This document shows positions 37,138 to 51,109 of a stretch of DNA of 64,000 nucleotides, piece by piece. Under the pieces are notes generated by a model, which ran no database searches, was not told the DNA's origin, and saw only the letters and a program-made list of their open reading frames with translations. The position numbers and the translations under genes are program-made. The stretch's first letter is position 1, and every line of letters starts with the position of its first letter. Origin of the DNA: Camelus dromedarius (Eukaryota); contig NC_087437.1 in NCBI RefSeq assembly GCF_036321535.1, forward strand, positions 69,876,001-69,940,000, written 5' to 3'.

Positions 37138-37870
37138 ATATGGTATAATAAGAAGTACGTTTAGTCTTTTCCTGGTATCTGGCACAGAGCTCCTGAAACC
37201 CTGGGAATTTCCTGAGTGACAGAAGTGCCTTTTATTATTCAAAAGAAACCCTTTTGGAACACAGTCCAGTTTATGCTAATGAGGTGATTTAGGGTGAGGC
37301 TCAGGATGGAGGCTCGTCACCGGAAATACTAAACAGGTGATTAGAAGATGAGATACTCAGCTTCTCTCTTCCCCTGCCCCAAACTCTGGACTGGGGACTG
37401 GGTTTTAAAACTCTTGAACAATGGGCTTCAGAGAGCTCTGGGGTTGGCGAACAGATTCATTAGCTGGGAGGGTGGTGTGCTCAGAGAGGGCATGGAAGCT
37501 CTTAGCCCCTGCACCCCATTCCTAGCTCTAAGCATCACTTCCATTTGGCTATTCTGAGTTTTGTCCTCTATAAAAAAACTGGTAGACATAAACAAAGTGT
37601 TTTTCTGAGTTTTTGAGCCATTTTAACAAACTTTGAAATGGGAGGAAGGAGTTGTGGGAACTCCCAACTCACAGCTGGTTGGTCAGAAGTACTGATGGGC
37701 CAGGATTTGCAACTGGTGTCTGAAGTGGGGGAAGTCTTGTGAGAATGAGCTTTTAACCTGTAGAGTGTGGGCTAACTCTGCATAGTTAATGTCAGAATTG
37801 AATTGAAATATTGGACACTGAGTTGGTGTCAAATAATTGGAGAACTGGTTGGTGTCAGAAGAGATATCCC
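37138..37870 (+). mobile_element. MER21-like LTR
   Basis: ctggcacagagctcctgaaaccctgggaatttcctgagtgacag...gtttatgctaatgaggtga...tgtcagaattgaattgaa...ggtgtcagaag. Confidence 0.8.
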
Positions 37871-38319
37871 GGAGGGGAAGATTAGTTTGAAGGTCATTGC
37901 AGAATTCAGTCAGTCAATTCAAAGGTTAAAAAAAAGATAAAACAGACCCAGGGTTTTTGTTTTAATGGCACCATAGATCTTTCCATACTGAACTTACAAA
38001 AATCTTTCATCTACCTTATTAGTGGATTAAAAGGAATGTGCAATTTAAGGAAAATTTATGATACATTAGTTTAAGTAGTCTAATGTAATTTTGCCAGCAA
38101 TTAAATCTAATGTCTGTATCTAACTCCCAACAAACCTAAATATCAGAAGAATGCATTTATCCTTTATCATTTACAACATGATGAAAGTAGAGACAGCTGG
38201 ATCAACACAATAGCTCAAGAGAAAAAAAGAGCAGTTCTCATGTTGTAGCCCAACTCTTCACCCTTCGATTTGCCAACTTTTTGAAGATAGAATCGAATTC
38301 CTAAGAAAAGGCAAGGATG

Positions 38320-39200
38320 TTATCTTGATTAGTTATGATTTATTGATGTTGTAAGTAATAGAAACCTGAAAAATAGTGGCACAAAAAGAGAAGGGGTTCA
38401 TTTTTCTCACATAACAAAGACTACGCAGGTCCAAGAACGATGTGGCCTTGGTGCTCTTGGGGACCTAGGCTCATTCTGTCTCCCTGCTTCACCATCCCTA
38501 GCTCAGAGTTTCAATCTTCATGGTTAGGAGATGATAGTTACGATTATGCAATTCACATCCAAGTTCCAGGCAAAAGAATGAACAAAGTGACAAAAGCAAA
38601 AAGCAAAAGAAAGCAAAAGGCAAAAGGAAGTGAAAGCCAACTGTCTGTCATTTTAAAATGCTTTCCATTAAGTCCTTACCAGTGATTTCTGCTTACATCT
38701 CCATTGGCCAGAACTCAGTCATGTGAGGGTACAGATTGTATTCCCCCAAACTCACATACCAAAAACCTAATTCTAATGTGATTAGGAGGTGGAGTCTTTG
38801 GGAGGTGATTAGTCATCGTGGTGGAGTCCACATAAACAGAATTAGTGTCCTTATGAAAGAGGCATGAGAAAGTTCCTTTGTCCTTCCACCATGTGTGGTT
38901 ACAGCTGGAAGGCACCGTCTATGAACCAGAAAAACAGGGTCTCACCATACACCCAATCTGCTGGTGCCTTGATCCTGGGGCTCCCAACCTCTAGACCATA
39001 AGAAATAAATTTTTGTTGTTTATAAGCCACACAGTTAATGGTATTTTGTTACAAGAGCCCAAAGGGACTAAGACACATGCCTACTCCTTGCTGAATGTAG
39101 TCAGGGGTCATTAGCATCTAAGCTGAGCATATTATACACTTAACAAAACTCACAGTTCTGAGGCACAGATTAATAGAAAATGGTTGTGCTGACAACCAGC
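38320..39200 (-). mobile_element. Old MLT1 LTR split by a younger MLT1A-like LTR
   Basis: The host tctgcttacatctccattggccagaactcagtca resumes after 39075. Confidence 0.55.
38722..39075 (+). mobile_element. MLT1A-like solo LTR
   Basis: ggaggtggagtctttgggaggtgattag...agaaataaatttttgttgtttataagccac...gactaagaca. Confidence 0.85.
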
Positions 39201-39594
39201 ACTGATGCTTTCACTCATTGTAATATAAGTAGTGACCACCTACAAAACAAAAACAAGACTTCTTAGCTATTTACCAAAAGATTCCAATGTTCAAACGCTA
39301 CTCTTGACTATATGATTCACCCCAGAGGAAATCTATCCCTCTTTCTCTCTTTTCTCTCCCTTTCCTCTGTTCCTTTCATCCTTTTTGTTTTTAATTAAAT
39401 CTCTTCCCTACATCTCATCTTCCTCACTAGGCATTTTGTCCCCTTTCCTCTCTTTACTTCTCTTTGTCCATTTTCTTCTTCTGTTGTAACTTTTCGAGCA
39501 AATTTATACTTTTCTTTAGTTTCATTAGCTAAAACACATGTTTTATTAATCTACTGCTACATAACAAACCACTGCTGAAGTTAGTGACTTAAAA

Positions 39595-39795
39595 CAGGGG
39601 TCAGAAAACTTTTCCTGTAAAGACTCTCTAGTAAACATTTCAGGTTTATGGGCCATATAGTCTCTTCCACTGTGGTGCAAAAGCAGCCATAGATGATATG
39701 GAAGCAAATAGGCATGACTATGTCTCAATAAAACGTTATTTATAAATAGGTAGTGAGCCAAACTTGGCCTGCAGGCTGTAGTTTGCCATTCCTTG
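39595..39795. mobile_element. MER58A-like hAT-Charlie MITE nested in the MLT1 LTR
   Basis: caggggtcagaaaacttttcctgtaaag...ggctgtagtttgcc. TSD acttaaaa/gcttaaaa (7 of 8 match). Confidence 0.85.
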
Positions 39796-41535
39796 GCTTA
39801 AAATAATAATGATTTATCATTTCTCATGATTCTGTGAGTTGATTGACAAAGCAGGGCAATGTTCCTGTTCCACACAGTGCAACTGAGGTCACTCATGTGA
39901 CTGCATTTAACTGATAGTTTAACTGATAGTTCAACTGATATTTAACAACCAAAGTGGCTTCTCATCCTCCAGGGCCACTCTCCACATAGTTTCTCATTAC
40001 TCAGTAGTCTACTCTGAGCATTTTCACAATATGGAATATGGACTCCAAGAGGGAGTGTGCCAAGAGGACAAGCTCTAGAGTACAAGTGCTTATCAAGCCT
40101 CTGCTTGTATCATTTTGCTAAAATCTAATTGGCCAACACAAGTCACATGAGCAATCCCAGAAATCACATAAGAGAGGGCTACAGAGGGGGGTCACTAGCC
40201 AGAGGCATGAATCATTTGGGGCCACCAATGAAAGAGAACACCACAGTCTGCCTTCTGGCCCTCAGTGATTCACGTCCCTCCTGCATTTAAAATAGACTCA
40301 CCTCCTTCCCAGGACCACATAATATCATCATAATATCATTTCTGCATCAGGTTCAGGCTTGGTGTCCAGCATCTTATCATAAGATTCAGTTTCAGGTGTA
40401 GATGACATCCCTTGAGTGTGGTTCTTCAGGTTAAGAGAGCTACGAACTAAAACAAGTTAACTACCCTACACACCCAACATTCAGTGGTAAAAGTAAGAAA
40501 GGATAACCTCAATAGACATACCTTCCACAAACGACAGCAGGTGGAGGAGCAGAGGGTATACAGTTACTGCTCCACAGCAATTCTGTCATCCATGCAGGCA
40601 CATGTCACCTGGGGGCAGGGAATGTTTGCTGTGTGCTCCTTAGGAGTGGTTCCTTAATCCAGTGCTCTCCTCCACTCCGTTTTCTTCTAAGTTCTTGGCT
40701 ACGCTTTCTGAGATGGTCTTCCCCTCTATAACTATTGATTTATACTGGCAGCTGAGTAGCACTCTTAGATGGCTTCCTGCCATTAGTAAGTTGGTGGCTC
40801 AGAGATGTCTTTTCATTTTGACCTATCTCTCTGAGTCTAAGCTAATACAACTTCTTTAAAAATGCTGTGGACTTTCTACATATCAAATTTTAAAATCCAT
40901 TCCATTAGACAAAAGCCCACATCCACAAATTTAATGACACAGATTTCTCCTTAGTTTGAACTGAGAGTATGTATGTTGTGGTAAAATACACTTAAAATTC
41001 TCAGAAGTGATTTTGCCAGGTGAGAGAATCCATGAAGCATTGCCTTAAATCTTTCAGAGGTCTAAACAAAGGATCAGATAACTGCAACCTTGATTGGATA
41101 TTTACCCTCAGGCCTCATTTTACCGACAGCATGTTGGAGCTGATCTTTATCCCTGAGGAAAATTCTTACTTTAAAATGTTTAACCCACTGAAGAGACTGG
41201 AAATAAGAAACAGTTATACTGTATAACCCAAAAAGCCCTGAGTTGGAAATATTTCCTCTAAATTCTGCTTGGAATCTGAATAGTACTTTCTTTAGCTTCT
41301 ATTCATTTGGGACATTCAATATTCTGTCTGTAAATCTCTCTAGCTAAACTCTTAACCTCATTAAGTATCCAATCTTTCTATCTTCGAAGTTACTACAGGT
41401 AACAATTTCCTTCATTTGTCTAAAAATGTATAACATGAGTCCTTTTCCCCCTTGCCTCCAATAGAAATTCTAGTGTTCTTCCAGCCTCCGCTCAGTTCCC
41501 TCACTTTTCTACGTCTTCTGTGTAGTCCCAAATCC

Positions 41536-42099
41536 TGTATTAATCATGTTTTTGTTTTCTGTATTTTATGATGATTTGACATTTTGGGGCCTTGCTGACC
41601 CAGAAGAGACTGACCCCTCTGAGGGCTAGCAAGTTCCCAGAAACAGCAAATGACTACAATGCAAGTATACCTTCCATATACAAAGCAACTAATCCAAAGC
41701 CCACACCTACCAATTGCCCCCTTTACCAAGTTCTCACACCTCACTCACTGCCCTAACTACCCCAGGGCCAGGTATCACACAACTCAAGATGATTTCTATA
41801 CCAAAAGCCTGCTGATATTATTCAGAGTAACCAATCCTAAACCTGCTTAGCCTGATTACCTGTTTTACCCACTCCTTCCCATGAAAACCACATAAAGGCT
41901 CTTACCCATGCTTTTCCCTCATTCCTGTTTCTTGACAGACCCTGGTGCTTCTTCATGTGACCCTGCATACTGTAGCATGCCTCTTCCTCTTGAAAACTGC
42001 GAGGGCACAAACTATCTGTTCAATGGCAATCATCTTCTGATCTGTTTGCCTCATCATACCTGAATTAAAAAACAAAAATCCTAGGTATATTTTAAAGCA
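41536..42099 (+). mobile_element. MER74-like ERVL solo LTR nested in the MLT1 internal region
   Basis: tgtattaatcatgtttttgttttctgtatt...ggggccttgctgaccc...gggctagc..ttcccag, flanked by (a)atcc on both sides. Confidence 0.78.
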
Positions 42100-43529
42100 A
42101 TCCAATGCCATATGCTTTAGGTTTCAGAGCAGCACCCCACTTCTAGGTACCAAATTCTACATTAAGTTTTGTTGCTACATAACAGTCACCCTAAACCCAG
42201 TGGCTTAAGAACTCAATAATCTTTCATTTCTCACAGTTCTGTGGGTTGTTGGCTCAGCTGAGCATTCTTCTGCTCCATGTGGAGGAGCTGAGATCACTCA
42301 AGTGGCTGCATTTGACAGGGAGCACAGCTGGGGGTGGAAAATCCAAGATGGTCCTCCAAGGCCTCTCTCTAATTGTCTTCTCATTATTCAGTAGTCAAAA
42401 TTGAGCTGTTTCATAACATGGCAGCTGACTTCTTAAAGTGAACATTCCAAAAGACAATCCCCAGTGTGCAAATATTTATCAAGCTCTGCTTGAGCTGTGT
42501 TTGTTAATATCTCATCGACCACACCATCTTCGAGCTCCTACTCCATGTGGGAGGGGACTGCCCAATGGCTGAAGGCTGAGTGGTATGGGTCTTCTGGGGC
42601 CACCAGTGTAACAGTCTACTACACCACTATGATAATGCCATTCTAAGTTTTCTTTTACTCTGGGGGATAGCCCATGGACTGTAGCAGAAAATGGTCACAT
42701 GTTGGAATGTGGTAGAGACAAAAGGTCTGCAAAACATGAGTGTAGACAATCCTGACGGATTTGATTTTTCATTCCTCAACCAGCCATGTTGGCATTCTAG
42801 AGATCCAAACTTTCGTTTTCCTAGAACAGCTCTTAACTTGGGGTTAAATGGCATTACACTGCCAGTAAGCTTTTATTTACTCGGTATCCCCGTCACTATT
42901 AAAGAGACTTTCTGTGGCTAACTCTATTTGAGATGTTCTTTCTACTTTTTTTTTTTTTCCATTGCCATCACTGTTCCTGTTTCTTTTTCCTCCATAGATT
43001 CCTTTGGTTACATTGACATTCTGAGAGGAGACAGTCCTCAGCAATTATCTACAGGGAAGCATGTGCTACTTATGGCAGTCTGCTCTTTCTTGTTTCCTGC
43101 CTTGCTAATTTTGTGAAATTGGTTATTTGTGAATAGTTACTTGATTACAGAAATAACCTACTGAAACCTAGAATTACTGTAAAAACTTAGACGATTAAGG
43201 TCATCTACATGGTTCCGAATCACTGAGAAAAAAAAGGGCATATCCAGGCTCCCGTCTGACTATGAAATATTTCTCTATTTGGGAGTATCTTTGGGCTTTT
43301 AAATCACATATAGAAAGCCAAACTGATAACTGCTTTATTGAGATGTTGAAAAATCTCAGGGCGTCTACCCATCAGATCACTCATTTCAAATGTCATCCTG
43401 AGTCAGGCCTCTCCTGAATACAGTGAATACTACACCCTGCACGTTAACCTCCACTTGCACCTTCTATTTATGATGCATTGCTGATCCTGTGACCTGGATT
43501 CATTTAGGAAGCCTCTGCTTTGCAGTTTT

Positions 43530-43730
43530 CTGCAGGTTTCAAAGTAGAATCCACCTGTAATATTCATAAAAGGTACTTGAAGTATCGTTTTAAAATATAA
43601 ATCCTTGGGACTTGCCTCAGATCTACCACATCAGAGTTTCTGAAGTTTAAACCCAGGAATCTGGATTTTTTTTTTTTTGACAAGTGTCCATGTTTGCTGC
43701 ATGTCCTCTAAAGTTCAAGAATTACTGCTG
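43530..43730. mobile_element. MER5-like hAT MITE
   Basis: atcagagtttctg...cccaggaatctggatttt...aaagttcaagaattactg. Confidence 0.6.
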
Positions 43731-44584
43731 TAAAGGGAAAGACAAAAATAGGGTGTGAGACTCAATCTAAGTTAAATAATATTCATGTTTGGTTTCCAAG
43801 AAGAGGGACAAGATCTGAGTTTAGCAAAAATCAGAACTGAGGTTTGTCTTTGGAGACCTTCTCATCTCCCTTTCATCACTGCTCTCTCTCATCCTTCAAT
43901 AATTCAGCAGAAACTGTCATTTGTTTAGCTAGCTCTGTAAGCTAGGCACTGGGCTCGAGCCTCACAAAATTCCGCGGTCTAAGTAACAGTGTCATCCTCA
44001 TCCGTGAATAAGGCTGTTGAGGCTCATTGAGGTTATGGAATTTGTCCAGACCAGGAGCTAAGGAAAAGTAAAGCCACAACTGGAGCTCACATTTGCTTTC
44101 TAGTCACTTGCTTGAGAAACTAATTCACACGGTGGGGATAGGGGTGTTAGGTTCCAACACTTGAGTATCCCTGCATCTGCCTAAGGCCATCCCCAGTTTT
44201 TCAGAACCTTCAATGCCAGCACACCTTAGAAGCATCTTTCTCTTCCCTTTTTAAATCAATTCTTTAGTTTCCTTTTTGTGGATATTTCTCCCAATTCTTT
44301 GCACCAAAGAGTGGAAGGCTGATGGCCAGTATCCTCCCCATCTCAGCCATCTCTAGAGTGTTATTAGGCAAAATGCAGCCTCTTTGATTACACAACTAGC
44401 CAAACATCTTCCAGATAAAAAATAAATAGCAAAGCTTACTGCTGAAGCCCCTTCTTCCTCATAAATGACTCCAGTGGAGTATACACCCCATGTCTATGAT
44501 TCAGTCACTGGGCTCTGATACCTAGAAGAGTGCCTGCTGCCTCATGCTCACAGTCACTAAATGTCAAGTGACTAAACTGCATTA

Positions 44585-46050
44585 TTCCCCAGTTTTACTG
44601 AGAAATAATTGACATACAACACTGTATAAGTTTAAGTCATACAGCATATTGGCTTGATGTATACTTATCGTGAAATGATTACTACAATAGTTTCAGCTAA
44701 CAGCTATCTTCTCATATAGATACAAACAAAAAGAAAAGCAAGAAAAAAAAAAAAGGAAAAAAGTGTTCTCCTTGTGATGAGAACTCAGAATTTACTCTCT
44801 TAACAACTTTCCTCTGTATCATACACCAGTGTTGCCTACAGTCGTCATATTGTATGTTACATTCCTAGTCCTTGGAAGTTTGTAGCTTTCAACCACCTAC
44901 CTCCAGCTCCCCCTCCTGTAGCCCCCATCTTTAGTAACCACAAGTCTGACCTCTTTCTATGACTTTTTTTTTTAATTTCACATATAAGTGAGATCATACT
45001 GTATTTGTCTTTCTCTGTCTGACTTATTTCACTTAGCATAATGCCTTCAAGATCTATCCATGTTGTCGCAAATGGTAGGATTTTGTTTTTTTATGGTTAA
45101 ATAATATTCCATTGTATATATAGTCGACCTTTTGTATCCTAAGGTTCTGCATCCACGGATTCAATCACAGATTAAAAATATTTTTTAAAAAATTCCAGAA
45201 AGTTCCAAAAAGCAAAACCTGAATTTGCCCACATGCTGGCTACTATTTATATAACTTTTGCATTGTATTTACAACTATTTACATAGTATTTACATTGTGT
45301 TGGGTATTATAAGTAATCTAGAGATGTTCAGAGTATATGGGAAGAAGTGCATAGGTTACATACACATACACGTTTTATAAAAGGGACTTGAGCAATCATG
45401 AACTTTGGCATCTGAGAGGGGTCCTGGAACCAATCCCACAGGGGTACCTAGGGATAACTACATATACCACAACTTCTTTTTCCATTCATCCATCAATGGA
45501 TACTTAGGTTGTTTCCATGTCTTGGCTACTATAAACAATGCTGTTAAGAACATAAGGGTACAGAAACTTTTTTGAGTTAGTGTTTTCATTTCCTTTGGAT
45601 ATATTCCCAGAGGTGAAATTACTAGATCATATGGTAGTTCCATTTTTACTTTTTTGAGAATTTATCCATTCTATTTTCCATAATGACTATACCAATTTAC
45701 AACCCTACTAACAGTGCACAAGGGTTGCCTTTTCTCCACATCCTCGCCAGCATTTGTTATCTCTTGTCTTTTTGATGATGGCATTCTAACAAGCATGAGG
45801 TGTTATCTCATTGTGGTCTTAATTTGCATTTCCCTAATGACTAGTGATGTTGATCACCTTTTCATGTATGTGTTGGCCTTTCATCTTCTTTGAAGAAATG
45901 TCTCTTCAGGTCCTTTGCCCATTTTGTAGTTGTGTTATTTGTTTTTTTGCTATTGAGCTGCATGAGTTATTAATATATTTTTGGGTATTAACCCTTTATC
46001 GGATATATGGTTTGCAAATATTGCTTCAGATAACATAGGTTGTCTTTTCA
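44585..46050 (-). mobile_element. L1 3' fragment (ORF2 C-terminus and 3' UTR), disrupted
   Basis: Track peptides 45458-45643 (ELPYD...LGIYPKE...AKTWKQPK) and 44857-45039 (MLSEISQTEKDKY) are L1 ORF2 C-terminal motifs. Confidence 0.92.
45121..45460 (-). mobile_element. MER2-like (TcMar-Tigger) MITE inserted in the L1
   Basis: ggtattataagtaatctagagatg...ggggtcctggaaccaatccc is reverse MER2, inserted in a TA-rich site. Confidence 0.88.
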
Positions 46051-47574
46051 AAGTGTATTTTAACACTATGATTCTTATCAGAAAATTCAGAAAGTAAGAT
46101 AGCTAAGATCTGGGTAAAAATTTCCAGGAAGGGAAAGTTGATCTCCTAGATAGGTCACCTCCTGTTCTGTGCATTAACTTGACTAAGCAATATATTTGCA
46201 GTTGTGCCCAATGTGTGGCCCAGAAATGGGAATTTCAGGTGCTTTACTAGGAATATTTGGCCAAATGCCAATGGGTGTCTGGATATTAAAGCTAAGCTAC
46301 AGACTTTTTGATAAATCTGTAATACATTCTTTCCCTCATGAAACAAATATTTATTGAGCACTTACTATGTACAGGCATAGCTCCAGGGACTGGGAATACA
46401 GTAGTTGACAAAATTACCAAAAGTTCTAGTCCTTACTGGGTTTATTATGCTCTGTTTGGGGAGGAGGGGTGGTTGTTCAAAAGGAAACAAAGACCATGAC
46501 CAGATCTGCTTTAAAGGAAGAGAACAGACAAACATAAACACTCAGACCAACATCAGAGGCATATGCATTGAAGGAGAGAGAAGAGACCAACTAAGCGTCT
46601 TACATAATAAATCTGCACTGTGCCCGTGTGGCCTTCTCTGTGTAAGGCTATAGCCCTAAAAATGGCTGCATTAGGGATGGGCTTGGACTAGGGTAAAAAT
46701 GATGCCACGAAGGATGTTACCGTGGTGATACTCTAGTTCCACCCCTCTCCTCCAAAGCTTATAGTACAGATTCTTCTGCTTGGATACCACAGAAACCCTG
46801 AGCCTGTGCATCAGGGCTGCCATGGGATGGCTGACACATACACAGAAGCCGGGCCTGCCTTCCCTGGGCTGGTGGTGGCCTGGAGAGGTACTGTCAGGGA
46901 GATCCCATGCTCATTCTCCTGGCCCAGCCTAGCCTGGTCAGGGCCATAGTAACACTAGGAGGTCCTTGCTCCTTAAGGCCCAGGAGGATTCTCCTTTTGG
47001 AGACCCCAAATGTGCTTATTTGGGCAATCTCAAGGAGAATCAGGCTGGTCTCTCTTCTCTCCTCTAATATATGTGCCTCTGATGTTAGTCTAAGTGCTTG
47101 TGAATTCTTGTGTTTCCCCATTCTGTGCCAGGCATGACATTCATGGTCCCCAAAATGTCACTTCCTCTCCTCCTAGAAAAACATCTGCACCCCCTCCTGC
47201 TTGAAGGACTGGTGTATTTTTTTTTTATCAGTGTCTCTCCCTTTATTTTCTCTTAACATGTGAATATTCAAGAAAGAGTTAAATGGCTAAATTTCTAACA
47301 CATGTGTGTGAATTAATTTCTCAGGAAGGTGACAAGAGAACTGAGAAAAAGAAAACTGGCAAGGTGGGTAAAAGGAATATAAGACAGCAGAGAGGAGGGG
47401 CTGAGAGGGAGAGAGAAAAGGGAATAGAAATGAGCTCATGTGTGTACACCTACCACACACAGGAGCACACAGGTGTACATGCACCCACACATGCACACAA
47501 CCTGAGATCCCCAGAGCCAAACTCCACACTCCCTCTCCTCCCCTGGGACACCCTCAAGGTGTGGCAGTTCAGCA

Positions 47575-47815
47575 GGAATGGTGGGGTAAGTGTCCAAGCT
47601 CTGGAGTTGGACAAAATGGGTTCTAACCCCAACTTTAGTTCTGTGCATCTGTATGACCTTCTGCAAGTTACTGACTCTGAGCCTTAATTTCCTTATCTGT
47701 AAAAAGAAAAGCAGGAGGAGAGATAATAATACCTATTTCTTAGAAGCTTTGTGAGGATTATGTAAGATGATGTCTGCTGAGTGACTGGCAGAGCCTAACA
47801 CACAACAAACCAAAG
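47575..47815 (+). mobile_element. MIR SINE
   Basis: gctctggagttggac...ctctgagccttaatttccttatctgtaaaa...gtgaggatta. Confidence 0.8.
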
Positions 47816-48924
47816 GGCAATGAGCTTCAGGATGTGTTTGGAAGGATACCTGGCTTGTAGGAGAGAAGTTGGAGTCTTCTATCACCTCTGTTGTCCTACT
47901 CCTCTGGAAGGGGTCAGGAAGGGCAAGGCAGGATAACATAGTTGATGTGTTTCTGCTGTTCAGGCTAGCCTGCCCAGAATCTGCAGAGATTTCTCGTCCA
48001 AATTGGACAGCATTGAGGCATTTATCTTGTTGCATAGTGACTTTCATCTCTAGCCGCTGCTTCTTCTGCCAGCACACAATTCCACCTGATTGCGAGTTCC
48101 TGTTGGGGCCTGGAACAAGAGATGTTACAGGTGAGGATGAAGGAACATCATGAGGGAGAAGCTTTCTTGGTGCCAGCCAGGCTCCATTGGCCAGAAACCC
48201 TACCACTCACTGCAGCAACCAAGACAGAGCCCCTCCCTTGCGGTCCACCTTCCTCCCCTCCTTCCTGCTCCTGCACAATACATAAGCACATTTTGTCTAA
48301 GGTTCTATTTGCCAACCTCATCTCCCCTTTCCCTCGCGGCATCAGGCTTTGGGTAAGAAGCAGTGGTGAGCTAGAGCAACATTCCGATTCACCTTTATAA
48401 ACAGAAGCCTAGGTCCCCAGAGTCAGCTGCCATCTTCCCGCTTCTCCTTGCTTGGGCCTGAAACTGTGTCCCTAAGTGGCCCTGTTCACTGACTTGGGGA
48501 CTTCCATTCAACCCATACTATGAAGAGAACAATGTGGGGCAGCCCTGTGGGCTTCTGAGCAGGAAGAGAGCAGCTGAAACAATAATTTCTCAGCTTGTTA
48601 CCACACGCAGCTAATAGATTAATCAGTGCCTTCGCTGCAAGCCTTGAATATTAGTTTGAAATTAGCTTGGTTAAATACCCAGGCCTGGAATGTGCATGCC
48701 TGTGCATACATAAGGCAAAGGGATTTAGTGAGTCTCCTGAGAAATGTTCTTTTCCCCAGGTCTTGCCTTCTCCATGCATTCCTGGCTCCCCCAGCAAGAT
48801 GCATGGTTTTATCTCCACACTGACCCTGAGCCTAAACCTGGGCGCTATTAGGTGAGTGGGCAGAGTCTGCTGTAGACAATGGTCACACATCTGTTTTGGC
48901 TTCTCCCATAATAATTGAGAACTG

Positions 48925-49160
48925 GTAAGGAGAGTGATTAAGTGGGGATTCTTGAATCAGGTCACCTGAGCCTGAGATCTCTCTGGGGCACTTACTCTTA
49001 TGCCATTTATCACTGTAAACCTCAGTGTCTTCCTCACTGCAATGTTGGTAAGAGTACCTGCCTCAGAGGGTTGTGGAAGGGTAACTGAGGTAATGAATAT
49101 AAATTGCCAGCACAATGCCTGGCACACAATAAGTACTTAATAAATGTCAGATGTTATTGA
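48925..49160 (+). mobile_element. MIR SINE (an inverted MIR piece follows at ~49175-49320)
   Basis: gtacctgcctcagagggttgtg...cacaatgcctggcacacaataagtacttaataaatgt. Confidence 0.8.
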
Positions 49161-51109
49161 TAATCGTCTACATTTTTTTATAGTACTTAATTGTTTTCAA
49201 AGTATTTTCACATAAGTTTCATACGACTCTCCTAATCCAACCACCAGGTAGAAAATGCAAGTCATGTAGTTTTATCCTCACCTTTACAGTCAGAAAATTG
49301 AGTTCATCAGTGATTAAGGGTCATCGCTCTAACTAATGAGAACCCATTCTGCCATTTGTCCCCTTTGCCCTCCCCGCCAGCTGCTTTAAGAAGCTAAGAA
49401 ACAATTAATTTTCCATTCATATCAGAAAAAGCAGGAGATGGAATTATATTACGTGCATCTTACCAAATAATACCCTCTCTGAGTTTGGGTTTCACATTTG
49501 CGGTATGAGAGGGCTGCTGTGGTCTTTGGCTTTCCCTGAACAGCGGGGCTGGGTCCCATGGCAGCAGGGAGAGATGGCCCTGCTGCCCACTGGTCTTTGC
49601 CCTCTACCACCCCCTAGAAGACACTGCCTGTGTTGAAGCTGCTTCCACGACTCCATTATCTTCCAGGTAGAGCTGAGTTCCGGGAGTGCACAGGAGCTAC
49701 TTTAACTGTGTTTCTCCTGGAGCAGCTGTGCTGACCACAGAGTCTGTACTCAATAACTGCTTGTGGATCGATGATTTTGTAATTTGAGGTTCCTTAATTC
49801 AGGCCTAATTAATGCCTATGTCAAGGTCAGCCTCATTAGCCTAACAAGCATTTTGATATTCTTAGGAGTCCAAACATTCAGATAAGAAAACTGCACCTCT
49901 AAATGGTTTTACCAAGAGGGTAGCAGGGGAACACATTTCTATAAACTTACACATTATTATACAAAAAAAGTTGCTTCAAAGCTTTCAGAGGACACCACCA
50001 TAGTCGTTATTTATCAAGAAGAACCAAAAAGGCAATCTTTCTGTATATATCAGCATTAGTCTTTCAAGATTTTAATTAAAAATGACTGTGACCCAGAAAC
50101 ATGTACTAGAGAAAGCAGGACATGCAGTAGACATGTAGGAGACACGCAGTAGACATCAATGGCATTTCCCATGCCCCCTCCCCACCCCCCACTCCTGGTT
50201 TTGTAGATTTGGATTCCAAAGCAAACTGCTTTGCAACTTTCATACAAATCAGGTAACTTTCCCTTAGATAATGATGGTATATTTACCATCATGGCTCCAT
50301 GGACTATGATCATGAATAATTGAGGGCCTAGACCATAGTACTTGCTAAAGTCAACTTTGGTTTTTCTTAAAATTAAACTGTATCACGAGAACGGAATTAA
50401 ACTGTGAACTAACCAGAAAAGTGACAGTATACAAAAGACTAACCAGAAGACAGATGAGATAGTATTAAAAAAATGATAGGTTACTTGGAGGTATATAAGT
50501 TCATGTATTTTGAAGAAATATAAATACATGATATAATAAGGTACCAATGTATAACTCAACTGTTATCAATGCATGCTTAATTTAATCCTGGTTCTACATG
50601 GGGAAAGTTGTTAAAAAAAAAGTCTTTTTTCTTAGAGACAAATACATTCCAGGATCCACACTCTGCTTTTCAGTGTACTGGCTTATTAACAAATGACATT
50701 ACAAGGAACTTTATCCCATTTTGCTTGGCATTTATACCATCTACCATTTCAGTTGTTTTACTTACTATTTAAATTCTTTAAATTTCAAAATGGTTCTTTC
50801 TTTTTTTTTTTTTAATTCCAAAAGCAGATAATAAGAACAATCATACAATAAGAATTCAAGGTCCTATATAAAATCTTTCTAAACAGATTTCCTTCATCTA
50901 ACAACTTTTTTTTTACAAGAACCCTTTTTGAAACCTGAGGCTGACCATCAACTTACACATTAAATTTACTTATTTACTACTCATTTGCTTCAAGTTTCCA
51001 GCCTGGACTCTATCAAAGATCCATTGACCACAATGCTTCAAAATTTACTGTAAAAAAAACACATTCAAATGGAACACAAAATAGATAAAAAAAATTTTAA
51101 ACTATTTTT

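Larger units (their letters stand above)
39539..42623 (-). mobile_element. Two-LTR MaLR element (MLT1G/H-like): 3' LTR ~39539-40245, internal ~40246-42157, 5' LTR ~42158-42623
   Basis: Two same-orientation related LTRs (ggggccacca...accaca / ...actaca) flank an internal region with the typical MaLR junctions gtctgccttctggccc and ccccacttctaggtaccaaattc. Confidence 0.75.

Noticed and set aside
44857..45643. Functional L1 ORF2
   Set aside because: It is 5'-truncated, fragmented and interrupted by a MER2-like element.
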